A DNA stretch of 64,000 nucleotides from Dehalococcoidia bacterium (lineage in GTDB: Bacteria > Chloroflexota > Dehalococcoidia > Lucifugimonadales > UBA3495), in assembly GCA_963692995.1 (NCBI GenBank), contig OY843611.1, positions 716,279 to 780,278 on the forward strand, read 5' to 3'. Every line of letters begins with the position of its first letter. Within the stretch, counting starts at the first letter, position 1. Below the pieces are notes generated by a model. That model worked only from the letters and a program-made list of their open reading frames with translations. It was not told the DNA's origin and searched no databases. Of this stretch, positions 40,000-49,399 are shown piece after piece. A program made the position numbers and the translations under genes.

Positions 40000-40951
40000 C
40001 ACAATCTCGATACAGGAATGGGTGCAATTCATCGGCGCAGAGTACCTTGAGTCGTTCATCAGGGATGGCGGTGCATCAGTCAAATTCGCTGTTGCTGACG
40101 ATGATACGAAAAATGAGCTGGCGTTCGCACTATCCGAGCAATCCGGAAACTTGGGCTGCTCCTTTGTGAAAATCAACGCGGTGGATGCCCGGGTGCATAT
40201 GCCGCAGGATATTTTCTTTGCGATGGCCAAGCAGATGGATTGGCGTCTGTTGGCTCGCCGGGTGGTCATTACTCTGGCGGAAAGGCAGGATTATCGGGTT
40301 GCAGATGTTGCGCTATGTGGTAATGACAGCATTTACGCTGCTATTGGAGATGCCAACAGGGTGGACGCGGCAACAGTGATGCAGGAATTGCGGCCCGAGA
40401 TAGAAAATCGGATTTTTAAGAACCGGCGAATGGCGCGGGATTTCAGGGTCGCGATGACACGTATGTGTCTCCTGGAGAATGCCGCCCCTAGTGACGCGTA
40501 TGGAGGGCAATCGCTGGTTGACTGGCTGACCGGCACGAACACGAGAATCGGCAATGTGAAACACTTTTCCGTCCACACGTCAATCAACCGTACCACGGCG
40601 CGCCATTTCATCGAGTCAGCCTTGTATTGGATACGCTATGCCGGTTATGACGGCGTGGTGATACTGCTGGATAATACACGGGTTCTGCTACCGCAAAGGC
40701 CGCAAGACAGGTCAAGATTTTATACCAAGTCAATGGTTATGGATCATTACGAGTTGCTACGAGAGTTGATTGACGGCACCGACCGGCTCAGCGGAGCGTT
40801 GGTGGTAGTGGTATCGAATCCAGATTTCCTGAATGAGGATACTCGCTCCCGAGGGTTTGGCTGTTATGAGGCCTTGATGACGCGGGTAATGAATGATGTC
40901 CAGGACCGGTATCTGGCCAATCCTATGGCGTCGCTAGTTCGCCTGTCCTGA
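39992..40951 (+). CDS. BrxD/DUF2791-like P-loop protein with degenerate Walker motifs
   Basis: GGASVKFAV strand lacking GxxGxGK, VVILLDN in place of hhhhDE, YELLRELID, and GFGCYEALMTRV typical of the DUF2791 C-terminus. Confidence 0.7.
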   Translation: MDNTISIQEWVQFIGAEYLESFIRDGGASVKFAVADDDTKNELAFALSEQSGNLGCSFVKINAVDARVHMPQDIFFAMAKQMDWRLLARRVVITLAERQDYRVADVALCGNDSIYAAIGDANRVDAATVMQELRPEIENRIFKNRRMARDFRVAMTRMCLLENAAPSDAYGGQSLVDWLTGTNTRIGNVKHFSVHTSINRTTARHFIESALYWIRYAGYDGVVILLDNTRVLLPQRPQDRSRFYTKSMVMDHYELLRELIDGTDRLSGALVVVVSNPDFLNEDTRSRGFGCYEALMTRVMNDVQDRYLANPMASLVRLS

Positions 40952-40958
40952 TCCTGAT

Positions 40959-42239
40959 ATGGAGGCAAGAAGTATGGCGCTGAACCCGGATCACCTGGAC
41001 CCTTTCCAGTGCCGTCAGGCGGTGGAGGCTCTCAGAAATGGCGTTCCTAACCGGGCGGCGGTGGAAATTCTGGGTTGTAACCGCCCATCGGTAGAGAGCA
41101 AGTTCGACGAGTTGCTGCTGCAATCTATTGGCACGGAAGCGCTGCCGGAAGGCGCTTTGGGGATGCTGGTGTCCGGAGATTTTGGTTCCGGGAAATCGCA
41201 CCTGCTTTCTTACCTGGAGCACCGGGCTTTGGCAGAGGGATTTGTATGCAGCCGGGTAGCGATAAGCAAGGAGACGCCGCTGTATGACTTGGGCAAGGTT
41301 TTCGCATCGGCGATGCAACACGCGCAGTTGCCGGGACGAACGGGCCAACTAATGGAGGAGATAGGCGACAAAATCAATGCTCGAACCCCGGAGTATGACC
41401 GTTTCTCCCGTTGGCTTAATGTCGGGGAAAACGGTTTGCACGCTTATTTCCCGGCGACAATGATGATTTACGAGCGTTCCGGCGACCGGGATCTCCAGAG
41501 TGAGATTGAATCCTTTTGGGCAGGGGAGCGTATTGCGGCAGCTAGGGTAAGGAATGGGCTAAAGCTTATTAGCCAGCACGGCAGTTTTAACTTTCAGGCT
41601 CCCACCGCCCGCGACCTGCCACCTCAGAGGCTACGTTTTGCAACAGAATTGATAAAGGGCGTCGGCTATAAAGGATGGGTAGTGTTGCTGGACGAGCTAG
41701 AGCTGGTAGGCTCTTACAGCCTGCTGCAAAGGGCAAGGTCATATGCCGAGCTGGGCCGGTGGCTGGGCAAGACTGCCGATGATGCGCAATATCCGGGGTT
41801 AATAGCTGTAGGCACATTTACTCTGGGATTCGCGGCATCGGTGCTGGGGCCTTTCGGCAAAGACGATAAGACTGTCGCGCCGAATCGGTTGCGGGAGCGT
41901 AACGCAATGGCGGAAGCGGACTGGGCAGAGGCGGCCATTAACGCTTTGGAAGGGGATGGCATCCTGCTAGATCCGCCCGGCGAAGTGGAGTTGCAGAATA
42001 CTCTGGAAAAGTTGCGGCTACTATACCAGCAGGCGTATGGATGGGATACGCCGGCCCTCACTGCCGAACTGGACGGGGCGGCTTATCAGAACACGATGCG
42101 CTATAAAGTACGGGCCTGCATTAATGAATGGGATTTGCGGCGTATCTACCCGGATGCCCAGCCGGAAACGGAAGGCCGAGAGTTCGAGCATCGCTACCAG
42201 GAAATGCCGGAGATGGAGCAGGAAACAAAAGATGATTAG
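40959..42239 (+). CDS. BrxD/DUF2791-like P-loop ATPase with intact motifs
   Basis: VEALRNGVP N-terminal signature, GDFGSGKSH Walker A, ISKETPL, and GWVVLLDELE Walker B. Confidence 0.85.
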   Translation: MEARSMALNPDHLDPFQCRQAVEALRNGVPNRAAVEILGCNRPSVESKFDELLLQSIGTEALPEGALGMLVSGDFGSGKSHLLSYLEHRALAEGFVCSRVAISKETPLYDLGKVFASAMQHAQLPGRTGQLMEEIGDKINARTPEYDRFSRWLNVGENGLHAYFPATMMIYERSGDRDLQSEIESFWAGERIAAARVRNGLKLISQHGSFNFQAPTARDLPPQRLRFATELIKGVGYKGWVVLLDELELVGSYSLLQRARSYAELGRWLGKTADDAQYPGLIAVGTFTLGFAASVLGPFGKDDKTVAPNRLRERNAMAEADWAEAAINALEGDGILLDPPGEVELQNTLEKLRLLYQQAYGWDTPALTAELDGAAYQNTMRYKVRACINEWDLRRIYPDAQPETEGREFEHRYQEMPEMEQETKDD

Positions 42240-42242
42240 GGG

Positions 42243-42274
42243 TTGCCATGTACGTTATCGGCACCGCCGGCCAT
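42243..42274 (+). repeat. 32-bp direct repeat, a copy of the selB translation start (second copy 42950-42981)
   Basis: ttgccatgtacgttatcggcaccgccggccat is identical at both positions. Confidence 0.97.
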
Positions 42275-42352
42275 TGTGTAGCACACAATGGCCGAATGGC
42301 TCGGCTGTTTCGCCCGAAAAGGTGTTTTCCTACGGAGATGGAAGCGATGGGC

Positions 42353-42646
42353 ATGACAAACCACGAAACAATACTGGCTATTCCCGATAATGACGACTGG
42401 CAAAGCCGCATCGTCAAAACTCCCGGCATTCTGGCCGGCAAGCCTTGCATCAGGGGAACGCGCATCTCCGTGGAATTGGTGGATGAACTGCTCCGCGGCG
42501 GGCGTAGCCCGGAAGACATCCGGCGTTGCCATTTCTCCCATATATCGCTGGATGATATTGAGGCTTGCCGGCAGTATGCCGCTACCGGCGCCAAACTCTC
42601 CGACTTCACCTGGCGGGACCTGTACGGCGACGAAGATGACGACTGA
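42353..42646 (+). CDS. DUF433 family antitoxin (VapB45-like)
   Basis: RIVKTPGILAGKPCIRGTRISV and ISLDDIEAC motifs. Confidence 0.92.
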   Translation: MTNHETILAIPDNDDWQSRIVKTPGILAGKPCIRGTRISVELVDELLRGGRSPEDIRRCHFSHISLDDIEACRQYAATGAKLSDFTWRDLYGDEDDD

Positions 42647-42932
42647 GCGCACGGCTGCCCTGCGGATACTGGCTGACGAAAATATGCCGGACCCAGACGT
42701 TCTCGCCGTTGCCACCGGCGAAAACCGTCTGCTTGCCACGCAAGATAAAGACTTCGGTGATATTGTGGTTAACCGGAACCGGCCGGCGCCGTATGGCGTG
42801 GTTCTATTCCGGTTGCATAATGACATTGCCGATACCGACCGGTTCCGTCTGATGGCCGGCATTTTGAATGCGCGTAACAGCTGGGGCCCCGGAATATGGG
42901 CTGTCAGCATCCGTCATCCCACGACTTCCTGA
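42636..42932 (+). pseudogene. DUF5615 PIN-like toxin (VapC45-like), apparently with an in-frame internal deletion
   Basis: LRILADENMP joins directly to DPDVL...RLLATQDKDFG. The helix/GHD segment usually between them is absent. Confidence 0.7.
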
Positions 42933-42954
42933 AACTAACTCGCTGGAAATTGCC

Positions 42955-44820
42955 ATGTACGTTATCGGCACCGCCGGCCATGTTGACCACGGCAAATCCA
43001 CCTTGGTCAAGGCCCTGACCGACATTGATCCCGACCGCCTCCCCGAGGAGAAGGAACGGGAGATGACCGTTGACTTGGGTTTTGCCTGGATGACCCTTCC
43101 CAGCGGGCGGGAGGTCAGCATCGTTGATGTGCCGGGCCACGAGCGGTTCATCAAGAATATGCTGGCCGGCGTCGGCGCTATCGACCTGGCCATGCTCATC
43201 GTCGCCGCGGACGAGAGCGTGATGCAGCAGACCCGCGAGCACCTGGCAATCCTGGACCTGCTGCGCATCCGCCGGGGGCTGGTGGTAGTCACCAAGACTG
43301 ACCTGGTTGACGAGGAGCTGGTGGAACTGGTCAAGGCCGAGGTTGAGGACGCGCTGGAAGGCACGACCTTCGCGGGCTGCACGATGGTCGCGGTTTCCGC
43401 GTACACCGGCGCCGGGCTGGACGAACTTAAGGCTGCTATCGATGGCATCCTTGACGACACTGAGACGCGCCGCGATTTGGGCCGTCCACGCCTGCCCGTT
43501 GATCGTTGTTTCACCGTCAGCGGGTTCGGCACAGTGGTGACGGGGACGCTGATCGACGGCTCCGTTGCGGTGGGTCAGCAGGTTGAGTTGTCTCCCTCCG
43601 GACGACAGGCCCGCATCCGGGGGTTGCAGAGCCATAAGTCACGCTTGAATGCCGCCACGCCGGGGGTGCGCCTGGCGCTGAACCTGTCGGGCATCTCGCG
43701 GGGCGACGTGCCACGAGGCGAGGTGCTGACCAATCCGGGCTGGCTGCAACCCACCCGCCGCTTTGACGCCAACCTGCGGATGGTGAAGGGCGCGCCCCAC
43801 GCCTTGAAGCACAACGAGGGCATAACTTTCCACCTGTTCACCAGCGAGACCACTGGACGAGTGCGCCTGCTGGACGCCGACCGCCTGCAACCGGGCAGCG
43901 AGGGCTGGGTGCAGGTGCTGCTGGATGAACCGCTGCCCATGGTGAAAGGGGACTTTTTCGTGCTGCGGTCATCGGAGGATACCCTCGGCGGCGGGCAGGT
44001 CGCCGACCCCAACCCGCGTCGCCGCCATCGCCGCTTTGCGCCGGAAGTGCTGGAACGACTCACTATGCTGGACGCCGGCGCCAGCGAGGACGTCATCCTG
44101 ACCATCGCGGAGCAGATGGGACCGTGCGACCTCCGTACGCTGTCGCAGCGTTCCAATCTGTCGGAAGAGGAAATCCTGGAAAGGCTCGGCGTCCTGGTCG
44201 GAGACGGTGCAGCGGTGGTGTTGGGCGAGATGGGCGCCCAGGCCGATGCCGTGGCCTACTCCCGTCGTGGCTGGGACATCGTGCAAAACCAGGCCCAGGT
44301 GGCGTTGCAGGCGTACCATAACCAGTATCCGGTGCGTCGGGGCGCTCCTCCCCAGGAACTGCGCAGCCGCTTGGGGGTGTCGCAGCCGGTCTATCTGCGG
44401 GCGGCGGCCCGGCTGGAAGAGGAAGGGGTGATTGCCGACGACGGCGGGCTGGTGCGCACGCCCGACCACACAATTGCCCTGAATGACCGCCAGCAACGGG
44501 AAATCGCCGACTATCTGGCCGCGCTGGCGGCGGAACCCTGGTCGCCGCCCACCGACCGCCCGGTGGACCCGGAACTGCTGGCCCATTTGCAGGAACGGGG
44601 CGACGTGGTGAAGGTCAACGAAACGGTCGTGTTCACCACGGCGGCCTACGAGGACATGGTGGGGCGCATCGTGGCGCACCTTCAAGAGAAAGGCAGCGTG
44701 ACCGTGGCCGACGCTAGATCTATTTTCGACACCAGCCGGAAATACGTGCTGCCCCTGCTGGAATACCTGGACCAGCAGCGCGTCACCCGGCGGGTTGGCG
44801 ACGAACGGGTGCTGCGCTAG
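42955..44820 (+). CDS. selB: Selenocysteine-specific elongation factor
   Basis: GTAGHVDHGKS, DVPGHERF, TKTD and C-terminal SRKYVLPLLEYLD...RVGDER motifs. Confidence 0.98.
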   Translation: MYVIGTAGHVDHGKSTLVKALTDIDPDRLPEEKEREMTVDLGFAWMTLPSGREVSIVDVPGHERFIKNMLAGVGAIDLAMLIVAADESVMQQTREHLAILDLLRIRRGLVVVTKTDLVDEELVELVKAEVEDALEGTTFAGCTMVAVSAYTGAGLDELKAAIDGILDDTETRRDLGRPRLPVDRCFTVSGFGTVVTGTLIDGSVAVGQQVELSPSGRQARIRGLQSHKSRLNAATPGVRLALNLSGISRGDVPRGEVLTNPGWLQPTRRFDANLRMVKGAPHALKHNEGITFHLFTSETTGRVRLLDADRLQPGSEGWVQVLLDEPLPMVKGDFFVLRSSEDTLGGGQVADPNPRRRHRRFAPEVLERLTMLDAGASEDVILTIAEQMGPCDLRTLSQRSNLSEEEILERLGVLVGDGAAVVLGEMGAQADAVAYSRRGWDIVQNQAQVALQAYHNQYPVRRGAPPQELRSRLGVSQPVYLRAAARLEEEGVIADDGGLVRTPDHTIALNDRQQREIADYLAALAAEPWSPPTDRPVDPELLAHLQERGDVVKVNETVVFTTAAYEDMVGRIVAHLQEKGSVTVADARSIFDTSRKYVLPLLEYLDQQRVTRRVGDERVLR

Positions 44821-44850
44821 CGGACCTGAGCCGTCGGCCGCTGACTGCAA

Positions 44851-46077
44851 ATGGCCCTGGACTTCGGCCAAACCGCCCTTCAGTTGATGACCGCCATGGG
44901 AGACGTGGCGGCCACCACGCGCGCGCGACGGCAGCGTTTCGCCGACACGTTGGATCGCGCCCGTGCAATATCCCCAACCGAGGCTGCCGCGCGTACCGCA
45001 AGGGCCGGCCGTCGTCCCTTCATCGCGGCGCGCACCGACGACGAGGGGCTTCTGGCCAGCATACCGCCGTCGGAGGCGCCGTCCGACTGGTCGGCCCTCT
45101 CCGTGGACGGCTCGCATATCGACGTGGACCGGCACCTGCCCCTGCGCTGTTACCTGATTAACCTGGGCGGCTGCGCCCTCACCTACGGCGCGATCCCCGA
45201 TTGCCAATTGTTCAGCGAGCCGACGCTGGCGCTGGGCGACGCTGATCTCTACCTTCGCCCGGCCGACGGCTCGCTGGATGAGACGCCGATAGCGGGCCAA
45301 CTGCTGGGCGCGTTGCGCACCGTGCGCGAGGTGGAGCGGCTGGCCGACATGGTGGACGCGCTGCCGCCCGATTTGCCGGTGTTGGCCCTGCTGGACGGCA
45401 CCCTGGCCTTCTGGGACCTACAGCGGGGAAGCTATCCTCGGTACGTCAGCGATGCCCTGGTGAGCGAGCGGCTGCACACGGCGTTGGTCCGGTTGCGGGA
45501 GGCGTCCTACCGCGGCCGACCGGTGGTGGTGGCAGCCTACACCTCTCGTCCCCAAACCACCGAGGCGGCCGGCGCCGTGCGCGTCGGCCTGTGCGGCAGC
45601 GACGCCGCGGAGTGTACCCGGCGTTGCAGCGCGCGCCGCTCCGACCTGGCACAGTGCGACGGCGCGGCGGGTTTCAACGACCGGGAACTGTTCGACGCTT
45701 TGCTGGAACCCGGCCATCGCTCGCCTTTGTATCAGTCGGGGCGCGTGGAATCCCGGTTTGCCATGGGTTTGACGGTAGGCACGGAGTGGAGCTATTTCTT
45801 CTACTTGAACAGTGGCACGGAGATTGCCCGGGTGGAGGTGCCGGATTGGGTGGCGGACAACCGGGAGCTGCTGGCCCGCGGTCACGCCATGCTGGTCCGA
45901 CAGTGCGAGTTGGGGCTAGGCTATCCCGTGGTAATCTCCGAAGCCCACGAGCAGGCGGTGGTCAACGGCCACGATCGGGCGGAGTTTCGCCGGCTGGCTA
46001 TAATGCTGATGGAGCGGCAGGGCTTGCCGACGCCGGAATCGGCCAAGACTATATCCAAGCGGCTGCCCTGGGTCTGA
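44851..46077 (+). CDS. nurA: NurA-domain nuclease
   Basis: VDGSH, LLDGTL, ARVEVP and GYPVVISEAHEQAVV motifs. Confidence 0.85.
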   Translation: MALDFGQTALQLMTAMGDVAATTRARRQRFADTLDRARAISPTEAAARTARAGRRPFIAARTDDEGLLASIPPSEAPSDWSALSVDGSHIDVDRHLPLRCYLINLGGCALTYGAIPDCQLFSEPTLALGDADLYLRPADGSLDETPIAGQLLGALRTVREVERLADMVDALPPDLPVLALLDGTLAFWDLQRGSYPRYVSDALVSERLHTALVRLREASYRGRPVVVAAYTSRPQTTEAAGAVRVGLCGSDAAECTRRCSARRSDLAQCDGAAGFNDRELFDALLEPGHRSPLYQSGRVESRFAMGLTVGTEWSYFFYLNSGTEIARVEVPDWVADNRELLARGHAMLVRQCELGLGYPVVISEAHEQAVVNGHDRAEFRRLAIMLMERQGLPTPESAKTISKRLPWV

Positions 46078-46117
46078 GCCGTTTTCACTCAATTAAAACA
46101 GAGAGGTACTTACACAC

Positions 46118-46603
46118 ATGGGCGAACTTAACGATCTGGCCGCGTCGGTGGCGGCTTTGCTGAAAGAGCGCGGCGATACCCTTGCGGTATCGGAATCCTC
46201 ATGCGGAGGTTTGATCTCCGCCGCGCTGGTTTCCATACCGGGCGCGTCGGACTACTACGTGGGCGGTTCGGTGGTCTATACGCGGACGGCGCAGGCCGGG
46301 CTTTTGCAGGTGCCCGACTCGGCGATGGAGGGACGCCGGGCCAGCACGGAATACTACGCCCTGCTCAACGCCCGCACCTCGCGGGAACGGCTGGGCACGA
46401 CCTGGGCGCTGGCCGAAACGGGCGCCAGCGGACCCACGGGCAACCGCTACGGCGACAACTACGGCCACGCCTGCTTCGGCGTCGCCGGGCCGGTGGAACG
46501 CTCACAGACGCTGGAAACGGGCAGCCCCGACCGCGAGGCTAATATGTGGGTCTTCGCGCAAACGGCGCTGGCCCTGCTGGAGGAGGCGCTGAAAGCCGCG
46601 TAG
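46118..46603 (+). CDS. CinA C-terminal / PncC-like nicotinamide-nucleotide amidohydrolase
   Basis: AVSESSCGGLI, PGASDYY and ETGASGP motifs. Confidence 0.9.
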   Translation: MGELNDLAASVAALLKERGDTLAVSESSCGGLISAALVSIPGASDYYVGGSVVYTRTAQAGLLQVPDSAMEGRRASTEYYALLNARTSRERLGTTWALAETGASGPTGNRYGDNYGHACFGVAGPVERSQTLETGSPDREANMWVFAQTALALLEEALKAA

Positions 46604-46622
46604 CCGCCGGGGATTGACGCGC

Positions 46623-47909
46623 TCAGCGCAAGGGACTTGACAACAGGTTGGACAAATCGTCCGGGTTTTCAATCTCGGCGGCGGCGCGCAGAAAATGCTC
46701 CAGCGTGGGGCTGCGGCGGCGCAGTTCCGCTACTTGCTGGCCGATGATGTTGACGCCGGCGGCGCCGGTGGTGGCATAGGCGCCGTGGAAGGCGAAATAG
46801 GCCTGGTTCAGACGGCGGATCGGGTAGCCGTTTTTCACGAACTCGCGCCGTCGTTCCTCCAGGTACGCCTCGGCTCCGGCGACGTCGCCGGCCGCCAGCA
46901 GCTCATCAACCAGCTCCCGGGTCACCCGCATCTCTGCCTGGAAATCGAAGGGCAATGGATCGATGGCAGTTTGGCGCTTCTGCTCCGTAGGCTGGTGACC
47001 CGGATGGAGCGCTGGCGGCCGAGTGGCGCCTTCCAAACGACGGCGGGCCAGTTCTCCAATTTCACGCCCGGCGATGTTGGCGACCGTTTCGTTGATGGCG
47101 GTGATGTCGCCTCCCGCAAAGTAACGCCGGCCCAGGGGTCGGAACCACAGCCACTGATGCACCCATTCGTGAGCGATGACCTCCAGGGCGAAGTCCAGGC
47201 CGGCGTCGGGCAGGGTGATTGACGGATAGAAAGCGATGCCTCCGGTGTTCACCACCAGAGCGGATAACCCGGTTGCGGACTCGACGCTGTTTTCGATCTG
47301 CTGTCGCTGATCGTTGGTCAGCCCCGTCCGCAATATCACGTCGTCCCGGCGAGCGATACGGTCTCGCGGGGACGTAACCAGTACCGTCGGGGAGCCGGTC
47401 AGCGCGGTATCCACCGGCGGAAACACGCCGGCCCAAGCCTGGAATCCCAACGACACCAGGGTATCGGCAACGGCGTTCTCGATAGTTTCTTCAACCGGTA
47501 GCCGCAGGCGGGATTGCCGCTCCCGCAACCCGGCTTGTTCCGCCCGCAATGCCGCCGCAGCGCCGGTTTTCCGGGCCGTTGGAGATGCCGGCGCCGCCAG
47601 CCGGATTATTTCCCGGTCGATCTCACGCCGGCGCGCGCCGAGGACGAAGAACTCGTCCACGTCCGCCAACCGCTGCTCACGGCTCGTGGCTGAGATCAAG
47701 TTCTTTGGGCCGCTCCGGATCCGGTGCAGCCACTTGTCGGGCAGGTTGCCCAGTTCCCAGGCCACCGCACTGAAACGATACGGCGCCGAGGCCAGCCCGA
47801 TGGCATCGGGCCGGTAGTCATCAATATATAAAAGCAGGCTGGCGATGCCGGCCAAAACCAGCAAGCGCCACCGTATTTTCGGCTGGATTTGGCGTAGAGT
47901 TTCAAGCAT
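46623..47909 (-). CDS. Membrane-anchored putative zinc metallopeptidase
   Basis: N-terminal TM, HEWVH...INETVA gluzincin-like motif, and LNQAYFA. Confidence 0.7.
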   Translation of the reverse strand: MLETLRQIQPKIRWRLLVLAGIASLLLYIDDYRPDAIGLASAPYRFSAVAWELGNLPDKWLHRIRSGPKNLISATSREQRLADVDEFFVLGARRREIDREIIRLAAPASPTARKTGAAAALRAEQAGLRERQSRLRLPVEETIENAVADTLVSLGFQAWAGVFPPVDTALTGSPTVLVTSPRDRIARRDDVILRTGLTNDQRQQIENSVESATGLSALVVNTGGIAFYPSITLPDAGLDFALEVIAHEWVHQWLWFRPLGRRYFAGGDITAINETVANIAGREIGELARRRLEGATRPPALHPGHQPTEQKRQTAIDPLPFDFQAEMRVTRELVDELLAAGDVAGAEAYLEERRREFVKNGYPIRRLNQAYFAFHGAYATTGAAGVNIIGQQVAELRRRSPTLEHFLRAAAEIENPDDLSNLLSSPLR

Positions 47910-48107
47910 CGTGGTGGCGGTTGACTGGCAAAGCGTGGGGGCTGGGCGGATCCACGGGATGCGGATCTATGGGATATGGATTGAATCGCCCGCGCCAGTC
48001 CCCCGAAAGGGGCGATCCGTTAGCCGAAATCAGCCGGCTCATGGCGGTGATCCAACGCAGCGCAACTCCTGAACGCCGGCGAAAGCCGGAGTGACGATTA
48101 CCCTTCC

Positions 48108-48136
48108 TTGACACTCGCCCCGGCCCGTACCATAAT
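48108..48136 (+). promoter_or_regulatory. Sigma70-type promoter for the MaoC-SDR cluster
   Basis: TTGACA-N17-CATAAT, followed by a 15-bp tandem repeat tcctgtttgcctagg x2 (48152-48181). Confidence 0.7.
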
Positions 48137-48222
48137 TTCGTCGCGCTCGTTTCCTGTTTGCCTAGGTCCTGTTTGCCTAGGTAGGGAGTGTTTGATTTCA
48201 GTATAGCGGCGGCAGGAGGTTT

Positions 48223-48672
48223 GTGTTGTCCACCAATTCGTTCACCCTTACCGATGAGATGCGCGAGCAGTCCATCGGCGTCGAAAGCCCGCCGACTACC
48301 CTTGAGGTGGAGAAGGGCCACATCGCCCGCTTTGCCGAAGCCATCGGTGATGATAACCCGGCGTACACCGAAGGCACTCTTGAAACCGGCGGTATCGTCG
48401 CCCCGCCAACTTTCCTGCGGGCCATGCGCGCAGTGCGCCCGGAGGTGCCGTTCCATATCCCGTTCACGCGCCTGCTCGACGGTGGCAGCGACTGGGAATA
48501 TTTCGACCATGTCCGGCCCGGCGACACCATCACCGCCGTGGGCCGCGTGGAGGACATCCGCGAGCGCGCCGGCAGCATTGGCCAGATGCTGATTACCACC
48601 ATCAAGATCACCTATCGCAACCAGATCGGCGCCATCGTAGCCACCCAAACCAGCACGTCGATCCGACACTGA
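48223..48672 (+). CDS. MaoC dehydratase N-terminal-type hot-dog protein (HadA-like)
   Basis: VEKGHIARFAEAIGDDNP, APPTF and VRPGDTI motifs. Confidence 0.9.
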   Translation: MLSTNSFTLTDEMREQSIGVESPPTTLEVEKGHIARFAEAIGDDNPAYTEGTLETGGIVAPPTFLRAMRAVRPEVPFHIPFTRLLDGGSDWEYFDHVRPGDTITAVGRVEDIRERAGSIGQMLITTIKITYRNQIGAIVATQTSTSIRH

Positions 48673-48694
48673 CGGTGGGGATACCAACGCGAAC

Positions 48695-49138
48695 ATGAGG
48701 AACATCATGGGTCAACAAATCTACTTTGAGGATGTCAGCGAAGGCATGGAACTGCCGGCCGAGGTGCGGGAACCCAGCACCCGGCAGCTGGTGCAGTATG
48801 CCGGAGCCTCCGGTGACTTCTACGAAATTCACTACGATAAGGATTATGCCGAAGGCATCGGCCTACCCGGGATCATCATCCACGGCGCGTTGAAGAACGC
48901 GATGCTGGGTACTTATGTGACCAACTGGGCTGGCCCGGGCGGAACCCTGCGCCGGCTAACCTGTCAGTATCGTGGCATGGACTTTCCCAGGGAACCCATT
49001 ACCGCAAAAGGCCATGTTACGCGGGTGTACCAGGAAGGCAGCCTGAACCTGGTGGACTGCACCATCTGGCTGGAGAACCCGCAGGGTCAGCAGACCACAC
49101 CCGGCACGGCCACGGTGGCGATGCCCAGCCGCGCCTGA
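48695..49138 (+). CDS. MaoC family dehydratase (HadB-like, catalytic)
   Basis: YAGASGDFYEIH and IIHG motifs. Confidence 0.92.
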   Translation: MRNIMGQQIYFEDVSEGMELPAEVREPSTRQLVQYAGASGDFYEIHYDKDYAEGIGLPGIIIHGALKNAMLGTYVTNWAGPGGTLRRLTCQYRGMDFPREPITAKGHVTRVYQEGSLNLVDCTIWLENPQGQQTTPGTATVAMPSRA

Positions 49139-49170
49139 TATTTCAGACGGTCGCTCCGGCGCCCCGCACT

Positions 49171-49363
49171 GTCATTCCGGCTCGCACACTGTTATTTCGG
49201 CCTTGAGCCGGAATCCGGAGCCCTGCGTAATGAAGACGTTCTGGATTCCCGCTTTCGCGGGAATGACGAGAGCAGTCGGGAATGACGGGAACGGTCGGGA
49301 GCGATGTGAGCAATCGGGAGCGACGGGAACGGTCGGGAGCGATGTGAGCAATCGGGAACGGCG
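49171..49363. repeat. REP-like palindromes with a trailing 19-bp/38-bp tandem tail
   Basis: ggattcccgctttcgcgggaatgac, then gggaacggtcgggagcgatgtgagcaatcggga x2. Confidence 0.9.
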
Positions 49364-49399
49364 GATACCGGACAAACCAAGTAAAAGGATTGATTAACT

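Noticed and set aside
39208-42239. Calling the locus a complete BREX or Shango system
   Set aside because: No pglX, pglZ, brxC/pglY, Lhr/DEAD helicase or TerB-like gene is in the window.
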